A DNA stretch of 64,000 bases. Origin: a virus (lineage: Duplodnaviria; Caudoviricetes). The position numbers were made by a program, and so were the translations under genes. This document shows positions 1 to 8,744 of this stretch, in pieces. Under the pieces are notes generated by a model. That model ran no database searches. It saw only the letters and a program-made list of their open reading frames with translations, and was not told the DNA's origin. How positions within the stretch are numbered: the first letter of the stretch is position 1; each line of letters starts with the position of its first letter. The stretch spans positions 32,001 through 96,000 of IMG/VR virus record IMGVR_UViG_3300022923_000005, one strand, 5' to 3'.

Positions 1-669
1 AAAGCCTTGTCCACCACTAATCTTATCATCTGGATCAAACATATCCTGTGATGCATAAGTGTGGTTAGTACATACCATACCTACATTGTAACTACCAAAC
101 ATATTAACACAGTTACGTACAAGTGCTGTTAGTGCTTTAGGCTTTCTACCCATATCACCTTTTAAATCACCTTTACCAAACTGATCAACATCTGTTGGAG
201 TTAGTAGCATACCAAGTGAGTCAATTACAAATAATACTTTAGGACGTTCTTCGCCTGCCATATCTCTGTATTCTTTCATAAACTCTGATACTGTTTTAGC
301 AACATCATCAATCATTGACATATTAAGTTTAAGAAGTTTTTCTTCACTTGTGTCAACATCTAATGCGTGTAGCCATTTCTCATCAAGTGCATTCTCTGAG
401 TCAATTAGTACTACAAAGATACCTTGTTCTTGTGCTGATTTTACAATATTGCCGGCTGCAATATAAGATTTACCTGCACCGGATTCACCTGCTAGTACAG
501 TAACTTTACCAAGAGGTACACCTCTATTAAAGTCACCACTAATAAGATAGTTTAGTGCATAGTTGCCTGTGCTGATCCAATCAGTAGGATCATTAAAGCC
601 AATACCTAATCCGTCAATGGACTTTGTAAGGCTCTTTCTAAATTTAGTTACGTCAAACGCTTTTGCCAT
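1..669 (-). CDS. uvsX: RecA-like recombinase UvsX, N-terminal part (runs off the window end; absent from the ORF track)
   Basis: Manual translation from the ATG at 669 gives MAKAFDVTKFRKSLTKSIDGLGIGFNDPTDWISTGNYALNYLISGDFNRGVPLGKVTVLAGESGAGKS. It has a Walker A motif, then IDSENA and VIDSLG RecA motifs. SD-like AAGG upstream. Confidence 0.93.
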   Translation of the reverse strand, partial: MAKAFDVTKFRKSLTKSIDGLGIGFNDPTDWISTGNYALNYLISGDFNRGVPLGKVTVLAGESGAGKSYIAAGNIVKSAQEQGIFVVLIDSENALDEKWLHALDVDTSEEKLLKLNMSMIDDVAKTVSEFMKEYRDMAGEERPKVLFVIDSLGMLLTPTDVDQFGKGDLKGDMGRKPKALTALVRNCVNMFGSYNVGMVCTNHTYASQDMFDPDDKISGGQGF

Positions 670-687
670 AATTACCTTTCCTTTGTT

Positions 688-748
688 AAAGTATGAGAGA
701 CCTCGCTGGTTACCGTACGGAGGTTTTTGCCGGAACTCTCATAAACTC
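688..748 (-). ncRNA. Structured intergenic RNA element between gp32 and uvsX
   Basis: Outer stem UAUGAGAG/CUCUCAUA encloses an inner stem ACCUC/GAGGU; there is no proper U-tract. Confidence 0.45.
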
Positions 749-751
749 TTT

Positions 752-1759
752 TTATTGCTGACGGTTGCGAATCATTGCAAGAATGTCTTGCGCACGACCC
801 GATCCATTGTCCTCAGTAGTTGCAGTTTCTGCCGCTGGTGCTGCTGCTGGTGCTTCAGTTACAGGCGCTGCTGCTGGAGCAGGTTCTGCCGCTGGAGCAG
901 GTGCAGGAGTTACCGGAGCACTTGCTGCTGGTGCTGCTGCCTTATTAGGATCGCCAGTTGCCTGACTCATTCCCGCTGGACGGAAATATTGACCCCAACG
1001 TTCCGGATCATATGCTTCACCATCAACTGATGCTTCAAACATTTCCTTCATTACTTGAAGCTCAACTTCACCTGGCTTCTTAGGAAGGAAATCATTTAAG
1101 TTAAACAACCCGTGTTGTTCAACTGCTGCATTCTCTGTATCATTTAATGCACGTTCTTTACGTGACCATTGTGATGTAGAGTAGTCAGCATAACCACCTT
1201 TTGATGTTTTCTTAATACGGAAGTCAACACCACGAAGATAATCTGTTGGCAATTCTTCCAACTCTGGATCCATCAAAGCACCTTTAATGATTTGATAAAT
1301 CTGTGGACCAATAATAAACCTACGGATAGGATTCTCAGGTGTTCTCTCTTCGTTAAGAGGATCGTCTGTTACAAACCCTTGGAAAATGTACGAACGCTTT
1401 TTCCAATATTTACGTCCCATATCTTCTAGTGATTTGTCTTTAAACCAACCACGTACCTCAGAAAGAATTGGACAAGTAGTACCATCGTTGTACATTTCCA
1501 CACACGGAACTTGCACAATAGTATTACGACTGTCTGTTTCTCCTTTGATACCTGCGAATGGTAATTTAATCATCGCACGTTCTACCCAAAAGAATGTGTT
1601 GTCAGCGTTGCCGTCTGGTAAGAATCTTACCACGGCTTCTCTGCCTTCTTGCATATTCCAATGTGGGTAAATTGCGTTGTCACCGCCTCCAGTAGAATTA
1701 CCAGATGAGCGATTGTTTGCTTCTTGCAGTTTTGCACGAATTTCTGCTAATGATGCCAT
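752..1759 (-). CDS. gp32: Single-stranded DNA-binding protein gp32
   Basis: VRFLPD, CP..., KYWKKRSY and DFRIKKT..GYADYSTS motifs; Ala/Pro-rich linker; adjacent to uvsX; SD GGAGG. Confidence 0.9.
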   Translation of the reverse strand: MASLAEIRAKLQEANNRSSGNSTGGGDNAIYPHWNMQEGREAVVRFLPDGNADNTFFWVERAMIKLPFAGIKGETDSRNTIVQVPCVEMYNDGTTCPILSEVRGWFKDKSLEDMGRKYWKKRSYIFQGFVTDDPLNEERTPENPIRRFIIGPQIYQIIKGALMDPELEELPTDYLRGVDFRIKKTSKGGYADYSTSQWSRKERALNDTENAAVEQHGLFNLNDFLPKKPGEVELQVMKEMFEASVDGEAYDPERWGQYFRPAGMSQATGDPNKAAAPAASAPVTPAPAPAAEPAPAAAPVTEAPAAAPAAETATTEDNGSGRAQDILAMIRNRQQ

Positions 1760-1819
1760 TTGTTAGCCTCCTTTGTTTGCCTAATAAAAAATGTCATTTT
1801 ATGCCTAATGCATATATGT

Positions 1820-1848
1820 ATTATATGCAACTTTATTTATCTTGTCAA
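1820..1848 (-). promoter_or_regulatory. Consensus sigma70 (early) promoter for gp32, with an ATAAATA late-type element inside the spacer
   Basis: TTGACA (1848-1843), a 17-nt spacer, then TATAAT (1825-1820). Confidence 0.85.
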
Positions 1849-1882
1849 GTGTATTTTTAACTAAATGTGATTTTGTTTAGCC

Positions 1883-1912
1883 AAAAGAAAAGGATCCTAA
1901 GATCCTTTCTTT
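1883..1912 (-). terminator. Intrinsic terminator downstream of pqqA
   Basis: AAAGGATC-TTAG-GATCCTTT followed by TCTTTT. Confidence 0.7.
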
Positions 1913-1966
1913 ATTCACAGTCCAATGTTTCTAACAATCTGTGTATATCTACTTCTACTTCTTTAT

Positions 1967-2038
1967 CTATCGGTTGGCTACATACATCGTTACTTCGAAG
2001 CCAAATCTCATCTCTGTTGCTATTGGTTTTGTCCACAT
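1967..2038 (-). CDS. pqqA: Coenzyme PQQ precursor peptide PqqA (23 aa; below the ORF-track cutoff)
   Basis: Translation [23 protein letters not shown]: canonical MWxKP start, R-x-G-x-E-V-T-x-Y with the E-x-x-x-Y core, and typical length. SD AAGGA lies just upstream. Confidence 0.93.
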   Translation of the reverse strand: MWTKPIATEMRFGFEVTMYVANR

Positions 2039-2059
2039 AATGTTTTCCTTTATAAAGTG

Positions 2060-2100
2060 AAAAAAAATAGTGTAGCAGTTTCCTACTACACTATTATTTA
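2060..2100 (-). terminator. Intrinsic terminator of the upstream 733-aa gene, overlapped by a TAAATA late promoter for pqqA
   Basis: AATAGTGTAGTAG-GAAA-CTGCTACACTATT with the 3' arm running into a T8 tract; TAAATA at 2100-2095. Confidence 0.75.
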
Positions 2101-2135
2101 AACATCTTTACGTAAAAAATCAATACGTAAAATCA

Positions 2136-4337
2136 TTAAAACATACTAAGTTGTTTAATTCTTTCAAGTTCTTCTAAGTCTTCTGCGCCTTGTTCTTGTG
2201 CAGGAGCCATTCTTTCTACCATCTTACGTGCAACTTGCTCAGCCTGTTCACCAAACTTTTTGCCTACCATAGTAGCAACACCTTCTGGTCCTTTTGGAAA
2301 AGTGCCTGTATTTTTATCATAAAAAGATTTAATAAATTCTGCTAAACCTTCTAGTGTATGTTCTTCACCATCTGAAGTTTTAAACTTAGTGCCTTTCTTA
2401 GCACCTGCTGCTTTCATTTGTCTTACTTTTTGTGAAAACTCATTGCCTTCAGTTTCTTGGCTTTCCATATCCATAATATCGCCTGCGATATCACCGTGAA
2501 ACTCTTGTCTATCAATTTCGTGTCTCACTTTATCAAAGCCATCTGTTTTAATTTTTTCAATGTAGTCTTGATAAATTTTGTCTGCATAGGATTCGTCTGG
2601 CTCGTTGCTACCTGTGATTTCATCTTCAAGTCTTTTAATACATTCTTCTGCATCATCACAATCTTGAATAATTTCCATTCCTGTAGTAACTGCTAAATCC
2701 CAAGCATTGCCGCCTTCTGCAACTTCAACTGATTCTTCTTTGTTAAGTAATTCTTCTTGATGTTTTTTAAGTTCTTCAATGCTATCAAACTCGCCTGTAA
2801 TCTCATTGTCTTTAATGCTATAGAATTTGCCACCTTTATTAATAGCAGCAAGTCCATACTTGTTAAAACCTTTTGACATATCTTCTTGTTGTGGTTCAAC
2901 TTCGTCTGCTCCTACAGCAGGTTCGTCTGCCATATCACCGAAATCTAATTCACCTAGTACGTCTGGCGCATTTTCTTCGATCCACGCTTTAAGCAAAGGT
3001 CTTACATCAGCGTTAGCATCTTCAGTTGCTTTTGCTTTAATATCTTGCTCTAGTTTTGGATCATCGATAATGCCTTCTAAACTTGTAATTGCGTTTGTGC
3101 CATCAACGCCTGCTGCAAACTCTTGGCTTGTAAGTTCATTTAAACTTTTTACCATATCTGCTTTTTCTTCATCATCTGCAATTTGGATTGGACTTTCTTC
3201 GCCTAATGCGTCTACCCAACTTTCAAATTTTTCAAAGCCCGGTAGTGTATCGATTGTGTCTTCGTGTTCTTCAGCAAGTTTTGGTTCAGCCTCTGCCGTC
3301 ATACCGACTATGTCGTCATAGCCTACTGTTTCTTCTTCTTTCATTAATCTATGAATTACTGGGAATACATCAGTTAAGTCCTCTTTAAAGTTCTTAACAG
3401 TAAACATATCTTTGTACTGCTCCATCACATCATCGTCTACTTCTACGTCTGCTGTTGCCTCAAATGATTCTTTAAAAGCCTCATAGTATGACTGTTTAGA
3501 TAATTTTCCAATTCTTTCTCTGAGAGTGTCAAGTTGTACTTTACTGCGTTCAACAATTCGATTAGTGTCGGAGTTCATCAAATCGTTGCGTACAACATAG
3601 CCTGTAAATGTTTTAAGTTGAGCAATTTCTTCACTCATCTTAACAATGCTTTCACCAATTTCATCGTATGGTGCGCCACCGTTCGCTACGTGACGTTGCA
3701 TTGCTCTTGCACCTGCTAAGTGAACGAAAGGATATTTAAATCTTTCTCCTGATTCGTTCTGTACAAATAGTGCAGAAATATTTCTTGATCTTGCACCTGG
3801 TTTTAATTCCATATCATCAGCAAGTTTTTTGCTGTGCTTGATAATAAGTTTCGTATCTTCTAGTTTCTGGAAACTTTGTGTTTTAGTTCCATATAAATTA
3901 CTCTCATTCATTACATTCTCTCCGACAGGTTTTGTAATTGTATCATTGTCTGACGCTGGGTTTGCATATTGACTAAGGAAAGCATAATCTCTTTTATCTA
4001 AATTATCCTTTGCAATATCTCTTGTGTCAAATGCTAGTAGTCTACGTTTTGCGAACTTTCTTAATTCTCTCAAAAACCCATACCAACCATCTTTTTGGTC
4101 TCTGTCCATACCCTCAGTAATACCATTGGAAAAGTATACTTTCATTGAGTTTGGCTCTGCAAGACTAATACTTACGTGTCCAATTTTCTTATCTTCTTCC
4201 ATATAGTCGAAGTCAAAGAAACGTGCATCTTCAGGGTTAATAGTAATTTGTCCTGAATCATCACCAAGTTTTAGATTAGAAAATCTACTTCTAACCTTAA
4301 AAAATAAGTCTGTTGCTATATTATTAGTTGCGTCCAT
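2136..4337 (-). CDS. Large acidic hypothetical protein, possibly a head-internal/core protein (start revised to ATG 4337)
   Basis: Long ORF, very Asp/Glu-rich. The C-terminus ELERIKQLSMF resembles the scaffold C-terminus IRRLAGLKI. TAAATA-N5-ATG at 4337. Confidence 0.6.
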   Translation of the reverse strand: MDATNNIATDLFFKVRSRFSNLKLGDDSGQITINPEDARFFDFDYMEEDKKIGHVSISLAEPNSMKVYFSNGITEGMDRDQKDGWYGFLRELRKFAKRRLLAFDTRDIAKDNLDKRDYAFLSQYANPASDNDTITKPVGENVMNESNLYGTKTQSFQKLEDTKLIIKHSKKLADDMELKPGARSRNISALFVQNESGERFKYPFVHLAGARAMQRHVANGGAPYDEIGESIVKMSEEIAQLKTFTGYVVRNDLMNSDTNRIVERSKVQLDTLRERIGKLSKQSYYEAFKESFEATADVEVDDDVMEQYKDMFTVKNFKEDLTDVFPVIHRLMKEEETVGYDDIVGMTAEAEPKLAEEHEDTIDTLPGFEKFESWVDALGEESPIQIADDEEKADMVKSLNELTSQEFAAGVDGTNAITSLEGIIDDPKLEQDIKAKATEDANADVRPLLKAWIEENAPDVLGELDFGDMADEPAVGADEVEPQQEDMSKGFNKYGLAAINKGGKFYSIKDNEITGEFDSIEELKKHQEELLNKEESVEVAEGGNAWDLAVTTGMEIIQDCDDAEECIKRLEDEITGSNEPDESYADKIYQDYIEKIKTDGFDKVRHEIDRQEFHGDIAGDIMDMESQETEGNEFSQKVRQMKAAGAKKGTKFKTSDGEEHTLEGLAEFIKSFYDKNTGTFPKGPEGVATMVGKKFGEQAEQVARKMVERMAPAQEQGAEDLEELERIKQLSMF

Positions 4338-4348
4338 ATAAGTATTTA

Positions 4349-5938
4349 TCAAAAACCGCCAGATACGAATATCGGCAATGGATACTCGTCGTCAGTCATT
4401 CTCTCCGTCATTTTTTCATATATTTTTGGATCCCAGTTTGCTAATTGATCTGCCATACGCATAATTAGCAATACTGCTGATACTAGATCGTCGTGTTCGC
4501 CTGTTTTTGCATTGTAACTGACACCTGTTGCTACAAATGTCTTAAGTTCAGATATCAAAGGTTTACTAGATATTGACATTTTGTCTCTTTCCAATGCATT
4601 TTTAAATAAACTACACGCTGTAATTTTAGTCTTGTGTGTAGTATTAAATCCTTTTCTATAACGCCTTACGTGTCCTTTTCTAATAGGTTCACTTAAAAAT
4701 AATCCATTAAAGTTTTCTTCGCCAATGTCAGTAATAACAACAAGTGCTGCTTCACCTATTGTGTTATTTTCTACACTATAGTAAACAGTAGGATTAGGAT
4801 TGCCGCCTGCAATTTGTTCGTTAGTAATATATTTTAAAATATCTTGAAGCACTCTAATCTGTTGTTGTACAGGAGTCAAATTATGTCGCCATTCGCCAAC
4901 TTGTTTCATTGCTGGCATTTCAAATATTTGTATTGCAGCGTAGTCACCGCCTGTACCTAAACTAGGATCAAGTGCAATTAAGTGTGTTGCTTTAGGATTA
5001 ATTTTACTATACCAACGTGTTTGTCCTGTATTAGCAATAGGCTCTTTGCCTTCAAGTGTTGCTAGTTTAACACTGTTAATTAATGTTTCATCAAATATTA
5101 AGAACTCACAATCAAACTCACGACGAAATCTTTCTTCGCCAATCTTTGCACGTTCTTCGTTTGCCCAATCATCATCTCTATCAGGATGTTCTGTCCACGG
5201 AGCAAAGTAAGGATAGAAACCGTTCGTACCTACTTTCTGATCATTGCCGTGTTCGTCAAACTTTTTATTTGCTTCTGCCCAAATCATAGCAAACTGATCT
5301 TCATCTGAGTTTGGTGTGCTTGTAACGATTGCTTTACCACCTGTTGACAGTGTAGGAGAAAGTGCAGTCCAAAACTCTTTGGCTTTCTCTGGCGGTTGCA
5401 CAAATGCAAACTCATCACAATATATTAATGAAAGTGATTTACCACGTCCAGTATCTTCTGTTGTAGTAGTTGCTTGTATTCTACTACCATTATCAAATTC
5501 AATTGTGTTTCTGTTATATGTATAGATACCTGCACGTATAAAGTCTGGTAAAGTTTCGTAACCGAATCTATATCTATTCATAATATCCTGCGCACCTGTA
5601 TATTTGTGTGCAGCAATTAAAACTTGTGATTCAGGTGTAAACATAGTGTACCATAGTAGGTAACCAGCAGCACAAGTTGTTTTACCCATCTGTCTTGGTA
5701 ACATAGCAACACAATATCTATTTTCTGCGTATGCTTGTATTAGTTCTCTTTGAAATCCGTATGGTACAAACTTCATTGATCCTTTTGTAGGGTGTTGAAT
5801 AGTTAAAAAGTTTTCACAGAAATATAATGGTCCTGTAATAGGATCCATACAAGCCTCTAAGTGCTTAACTTCTTCAAGTGTATATTTTTGTTTTTTATGG
5901 GCCTTCTTAATTTGAACGCCATCTAAACTCTTTGCCAT
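4349..5938 (-). CDS. gp17: Terminase large subunit gp17
   Basis: LPRQMGKT (Walker A), LIYCDEFAF (Walker B), TSTPN, FRREF, ALDPSLG..GD and HDDLV nuclease motifs. Confidence 0.95.
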   Translation of the reverse strand: MAKSLDGVQIKKAHKKQKYTLEEVKHLEACMDPITGPLYFCENFLTIQHPTKGSMKFVPYGFQRELIQAYAENRYCVAMLPRQMGKTTCAAGYLLWYTMFTPESQVLIAAHKYTGAQDIMNRYRFGYETLPDFIRAGIYTYNRNTIEFDNGSRIQATTTTEDTGRGKSLSLIYCDEFAFVQPPEKAKEFWTALSPTLSTGGKAIVTSTPNSDEDQFAMIWAEANKKFDEHGNDQKVGTNGFYPYFAPWTEHPDRDDDWANEERAKIGEERFRREFDCEFLIFDETLINSVKLATLEGKEPIANTGQTRWYSKINPKATHLIALDPSLGTGGDYAAIQIFEMPAMKQVGEWRHNLTPVQQQIRVLQDILKYITNEQIAGGNPNPTVYYSVENNTIGEAALVVITDIGEENFNGLFLSEPIRKGHVRRYRKGFNTTHKTKITACSLFKNALERDKMSISSKPLISELKTFVATGVSYNAKTGEHDDLVSAVLLIMRMADQLANWDPKIYEKMTERMTDDEYPLPIFVSGGF

Positions 5939-5943
5939 ACAAG

Positions 5944-5951
5944 TATTTATA
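5944..5951 (-). promoter_or_regulatory. T4-type late promoter TATAAATA upstream of the terminase
   Basis: Exact T4 gp55 consensus, 5 nt before the ATG at 5938. Confidence 0.8.
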
Positions 5952-5956
5952 GAAGA

Positions 5957-5980
5957 AAATAGGCTCCGAAGAGCCTATTT
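5957..5980 (-). terminator. Intrinsic terminator with a C(UUCG)G tetraloop
   Basis: AAATAGGCTC-TTCG-GAGCCTATTT followed by TCTT. Confidence 0.8.
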
Positions 5981-6001
5981 GGATAATATGAAACTTATGA
6001 T

Positions 6002-6430
6002 TTATGCGAAATCAAATGATGTTTTAACTGTTGCAGTTACAGCAGTCATATCGAAGTTGTTGTTTCCGTATGTAGCACCTAGTGCAATACATTCATCTTC
6101 AATTTGTTCTACTAGTGTTTCTGCTCCAGCACCATCATAATCTAATGATGCATTTGATTGTTCAACTGCAAAACACATCTTTTGGTTAGTTGCGTGTAGG
6201 TCGCCTCTGATAACAATTGTACAATACTTACCGATAATTTCGATAAGTGCTTGGATTGCTTCATTAGCACCTGTTTCAGCATTTGCTGCTGCTCCAAAAT
6301 CAACTTCAAAAAATGTTAAATTTTTTCCACCTGGGAAGTCAATAGCAGTAACATCTGCTGCAGGTTTTCTATTTGCTGCAACTAATACTGAGCTACCACC
6401 GCCAATCGTTGATGTTAATAAGTCTGCCAT
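6002..6430 (-). CDS. Hypothetical protein, probably virion structural
   Basis: 142-aa ORF coupled to the upstream gene (TAATG); SD AGGAG; followed by a strong terminator. Confidence 0.6.
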   Translation of the reverse strand: MADLLTSTIGGGSSVLVAANRKPAADVTAIDFPGGKNLTFFEVDFGAAANAETGANEAIQALIEIIGKYCTIVIRGDLHATNQKMCFAVEQSNASLDYDGAGAETLVEQIEDECIALGATYGNNNFDMTAVTATVKTSFDFA

Positions 6431-7173
6431 TATTTTGCTCCTTTAGTTTCTGCTAACGCTTTTTGTAATTCTGCTTTAATAGAAGCACGTAAGTCGTCGC
6501 CTTCTTTTACTTTTTGCATAGGATTGTCTGCACCAGCAACTTTAGGATGTGTTCCTTTTCTGCGGTTCATTCCACCTTGTAATTTTGTCATTTGATAATT
6601 AACGGATCTTTCATCTTCGTCAGGCTCGTTTGCCCACGCTTCTTCTTTATCCTTTTTATCATCATCTTTGTCGTCTTTTTCCATATCGTGATCATCCATA
6701 TCGTGATCGTCATCACCGTCTTTATCTAGTGACTTAATCATTACGTGATCTTTATCGTGGTCTTTAGGAAGATCTTTTTCTCCGCCTGGCATATCATCAT
6801 TGTCGCCGTCGAAGTCTGGAATTAATTTGTTAATTGGTTTAGGCATTGGCCCTTCTGGTTCATCCATCGGTCCGTCCATACCTGGTGCCATAATTGATAA
6901 AGTAGGCATCTCTGGTTTTTCAGGCTGGTTAATCATATCTGGATTAACTTTCGTCATTAACTTTAGCACGTCGTCAATTGCATCGCCTTTAGCAGTAATG
7001 TTTATATTCATTGTTGCTTCTTCTTTTTCTTTTGGCTGCATCATATCTGGTGCGTTCGGTGCCATCATAGGTGGCATCTCGTTCATACCACACTCATCTG
7101 TCTTTGTTTCTACAGGTGTGTTTTGCGCGGTATCAATAGCAGTCATCTTACGTACTAGTTCTTGAAAATCCAT
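6430..7173 (-). CDS. Low-complexity acidic Met/Pro/Asp-rich protein (possible head-internal protein)
   Basis: 247 aa with DHDMDDHDM-type repeats; operonic packing. Confidence 0.55.
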   Translation of the reverse strand: MDFQELVRKMTAIDTAQNTPVETKTDECGMNEMPPMMAPNAPDMMQPKEKEEATMNINITAKGDAIDDVLKLMTKVNPDMINQPEKPEMPTLSIMAPGMDGPMDEPEGPMPKPINKLIPDFDGDNDDMPGGEKDLPKDHDKDHVMIKSLDKDGDDDHDMDDHDMEKDDKDDDKKDKEEAWANEPDEDERSVNYQMTKLQGGMNRRKGTHPKVAGADNPMQKVKEGDDLRASIKAELQKALAETKGAK

Positions 7174-7174
7174 A

Positions 7175-7756
7175 TTAGTTACTCCCTACAGGACTTTTTA
7201 CACCTGCGTCATCTTGTTTTAATTTTGGTACGTCTTGGTAAACGTCCGCTTTTAATTTATCGTGCCCCAATTCTTTTGCACGTTCGGCTGCTGTTTTGGA
7301 TAAGTCTTGTAAAAATGACTTATTAAACTCATCACCGAAATAATCTTTGTGTGCTACAGCAATACCTTCTTTGTATTCGTTATCGTGTAACAATGCACCT
7401 TCACGCTTACCGTCAGTTGCTTGATACTCTTCTGATGGACTTAATGCATTACGTGCTACATACATTCCTTCTTTACAACAACCCATTTCAAAAATTTCTT
7501 TTTCAACATCAGTTGGTGTGCAAGGATATTCTGTAACCAATGAAAACGTATGTACTTCACAGTTTGCTAACTGTGGAAAGTCTAGCGGTGTTTCAGTAAC
7601 TGGTGTAGTTTTCAATTGTTCAAATTCAACAATGCCTCTGTTGTCTAGTCTTGACTTCAAATCATCACCAAAGCCTTCAGGAAGCTCTCCAGCAACCTTT
7701 ACTTTGATACTGTATACTTTTTTGCTCTCTGCGAGATATTCTTTAAACGTCTTCAT
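7175..7756 (-). CDS. Hypothetical protein with a capsid-targeting-sequence-like N-terminus
   Basis: Starts MKTFKEYLAE, like the T4 internal-protein CTS MKTYQEFIAE; TAAATA-N5-ATG. Confidence 0.6.
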   Translation of the reverse strand: MKTFKEYLAESKKVYSIKVKVAGELPEGFGDDLKSRLDNRGIVEFEQLKTTPVTETPLDFPQLANCEVHTFSLVTEYPCTPTDVEKEIFEMGCCKEGMYVARNALSPSEEYQATDGKREGALLHDNEYKEGIAVAHKDYFGDEFNKSFLQDLSKTAAERAKELGHDKLKADVYQDVPKLKQDDAGVKSPVGSN

Positions 7757-7764
7757 ATTACTAT

Positions 7765-8277
7765 TTATTCCTTTCCGCCTAATTTCTTAATTAATTCATT
7801 GCGATCTAGCATTACATAGCCAGTTCCATCCACTAATTCATTGGGATCTTCTGGAGAATCGCGGTCAATTTTAAGTTTTTTCAGTTGTAGATCAACTGCT
7901 TTAAGTTTTTTATCAACTTTAGCGGTTTTTGCATCAATAGCATTCTTTAACATACTACCTGCTACTTCAAATATACGTCCGCTATAACGTACTTCTACAT
8001 TCATACCCAAATCCATAAGATCGTCATATGCTTGTTCTGCTTTACTTGCAAGATGATCCAATTCACCTTCGCCCATTGCGTCTAGTTCACGCATTTGTGG
8101 CAAGTCCTTAGTAACTTGTGCAATTGCTTTGTAAGAAGCATCTACACTTTTGATTTCTTCTTGTGCTACTTCAGGATCAATTGCTTTAGTTTCTACAGGT
8201 GCTTCTTCAGTTGCAATTTGTTCTTCTGCAACTTTTTGATCTTCCATATTAAATAATTCTTCTAACTTTTTGGTCAT
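7765..8277 (-). CDS. Probable terminase small subunit (gp16-like)
   Basis: The helical segment YDDLMDLG...GRIFEVAGSMLKNAIDAK resembles the RAYEVAGQLIK motif of T4-like small terminases; close to gp17. Confidence 0.6.
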   Translation of the reverse strand: MTKKLEELFNMEDQKVAEEQIATEEAPVETKAIDPEVAQEEIKSVDASYKAIAQVTKDLPQMRELDAMGEGELDHLASKAEQAYDDLMDLGMNVEVRYSGRIFEVAGSMLKNAIDAKTAKVDKKLKAVDLQLKKLKIDRDSPEDPNELVDGTGYVMLDRNELIKKLGGKE

Positions 8278-8303
8278 ATTGTTTTACCATATTATAATAG
8301 TAT

Positions 8304-8744
8304 TTATTTGCGCTTGGCACCTTGATGAAATATTTCTTCTTCACTAACTATGCGGAATCTAACACGCTTTTGCTTACACCAAGCAGCAGCAGCCTCCCAT
8401 TTGGCCATATTTTTTATATATTGTTCTTGGTTAAATCTGCTTTTACCTACTTTTTCACGCAACGTTTGATTCTTAGGTTTTACTTCAATTACTTCTGCGT
8501 GTTGCTTACCATTCTTATCATTATAAACAATAAAGAAGTCCGGGACATAAATTGAATACTTTCCTGTCAACGGATCTTTGTATGGTATCTTAATACTTTC
8601 ACTTGCCCACTGTGCTACACTTGGATGTTCGTCTAACATACGCATAAAAACAGTTTCCCAACTGCTTCTTGCAAGTGGACTTTTTGTACCTACATACTTT
8701 GCAGGATTTTTAACTACGTAGCGACCCTGTGCAAACTTTGCCAT
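8304..8744 (-). CDS. gp4: Head completion nuclease gp4 (TnsA-like)
   Basis: KNPAKY.G, RSSWE, WASE...IPY, YVPDF, IEVKP and KWEAA motifs. Confidence 0.88.
   Translation of the reverse strand: MAKFAQGRYVVKNPAKYVGTKSPLARSSWETVFMRMLDEHPSVAQWASESIKIPYKDPLTGKYSIYVPDFFIVYNDKNGKQHAEVIEVKPKNQTLREKVGKSRFNQEQYIKNMAKWEAAAAWCKQKRVRFRIVSEEEIFHQGAKRK

Noticed and set aside
4349-5938. Intein or intron in the terminase or other core genes
   Set aside because: Lengths and motif spacing are normal, with no C...HN(C/S/T) splice motifs; the insert at 22245..23180 also lacks them.
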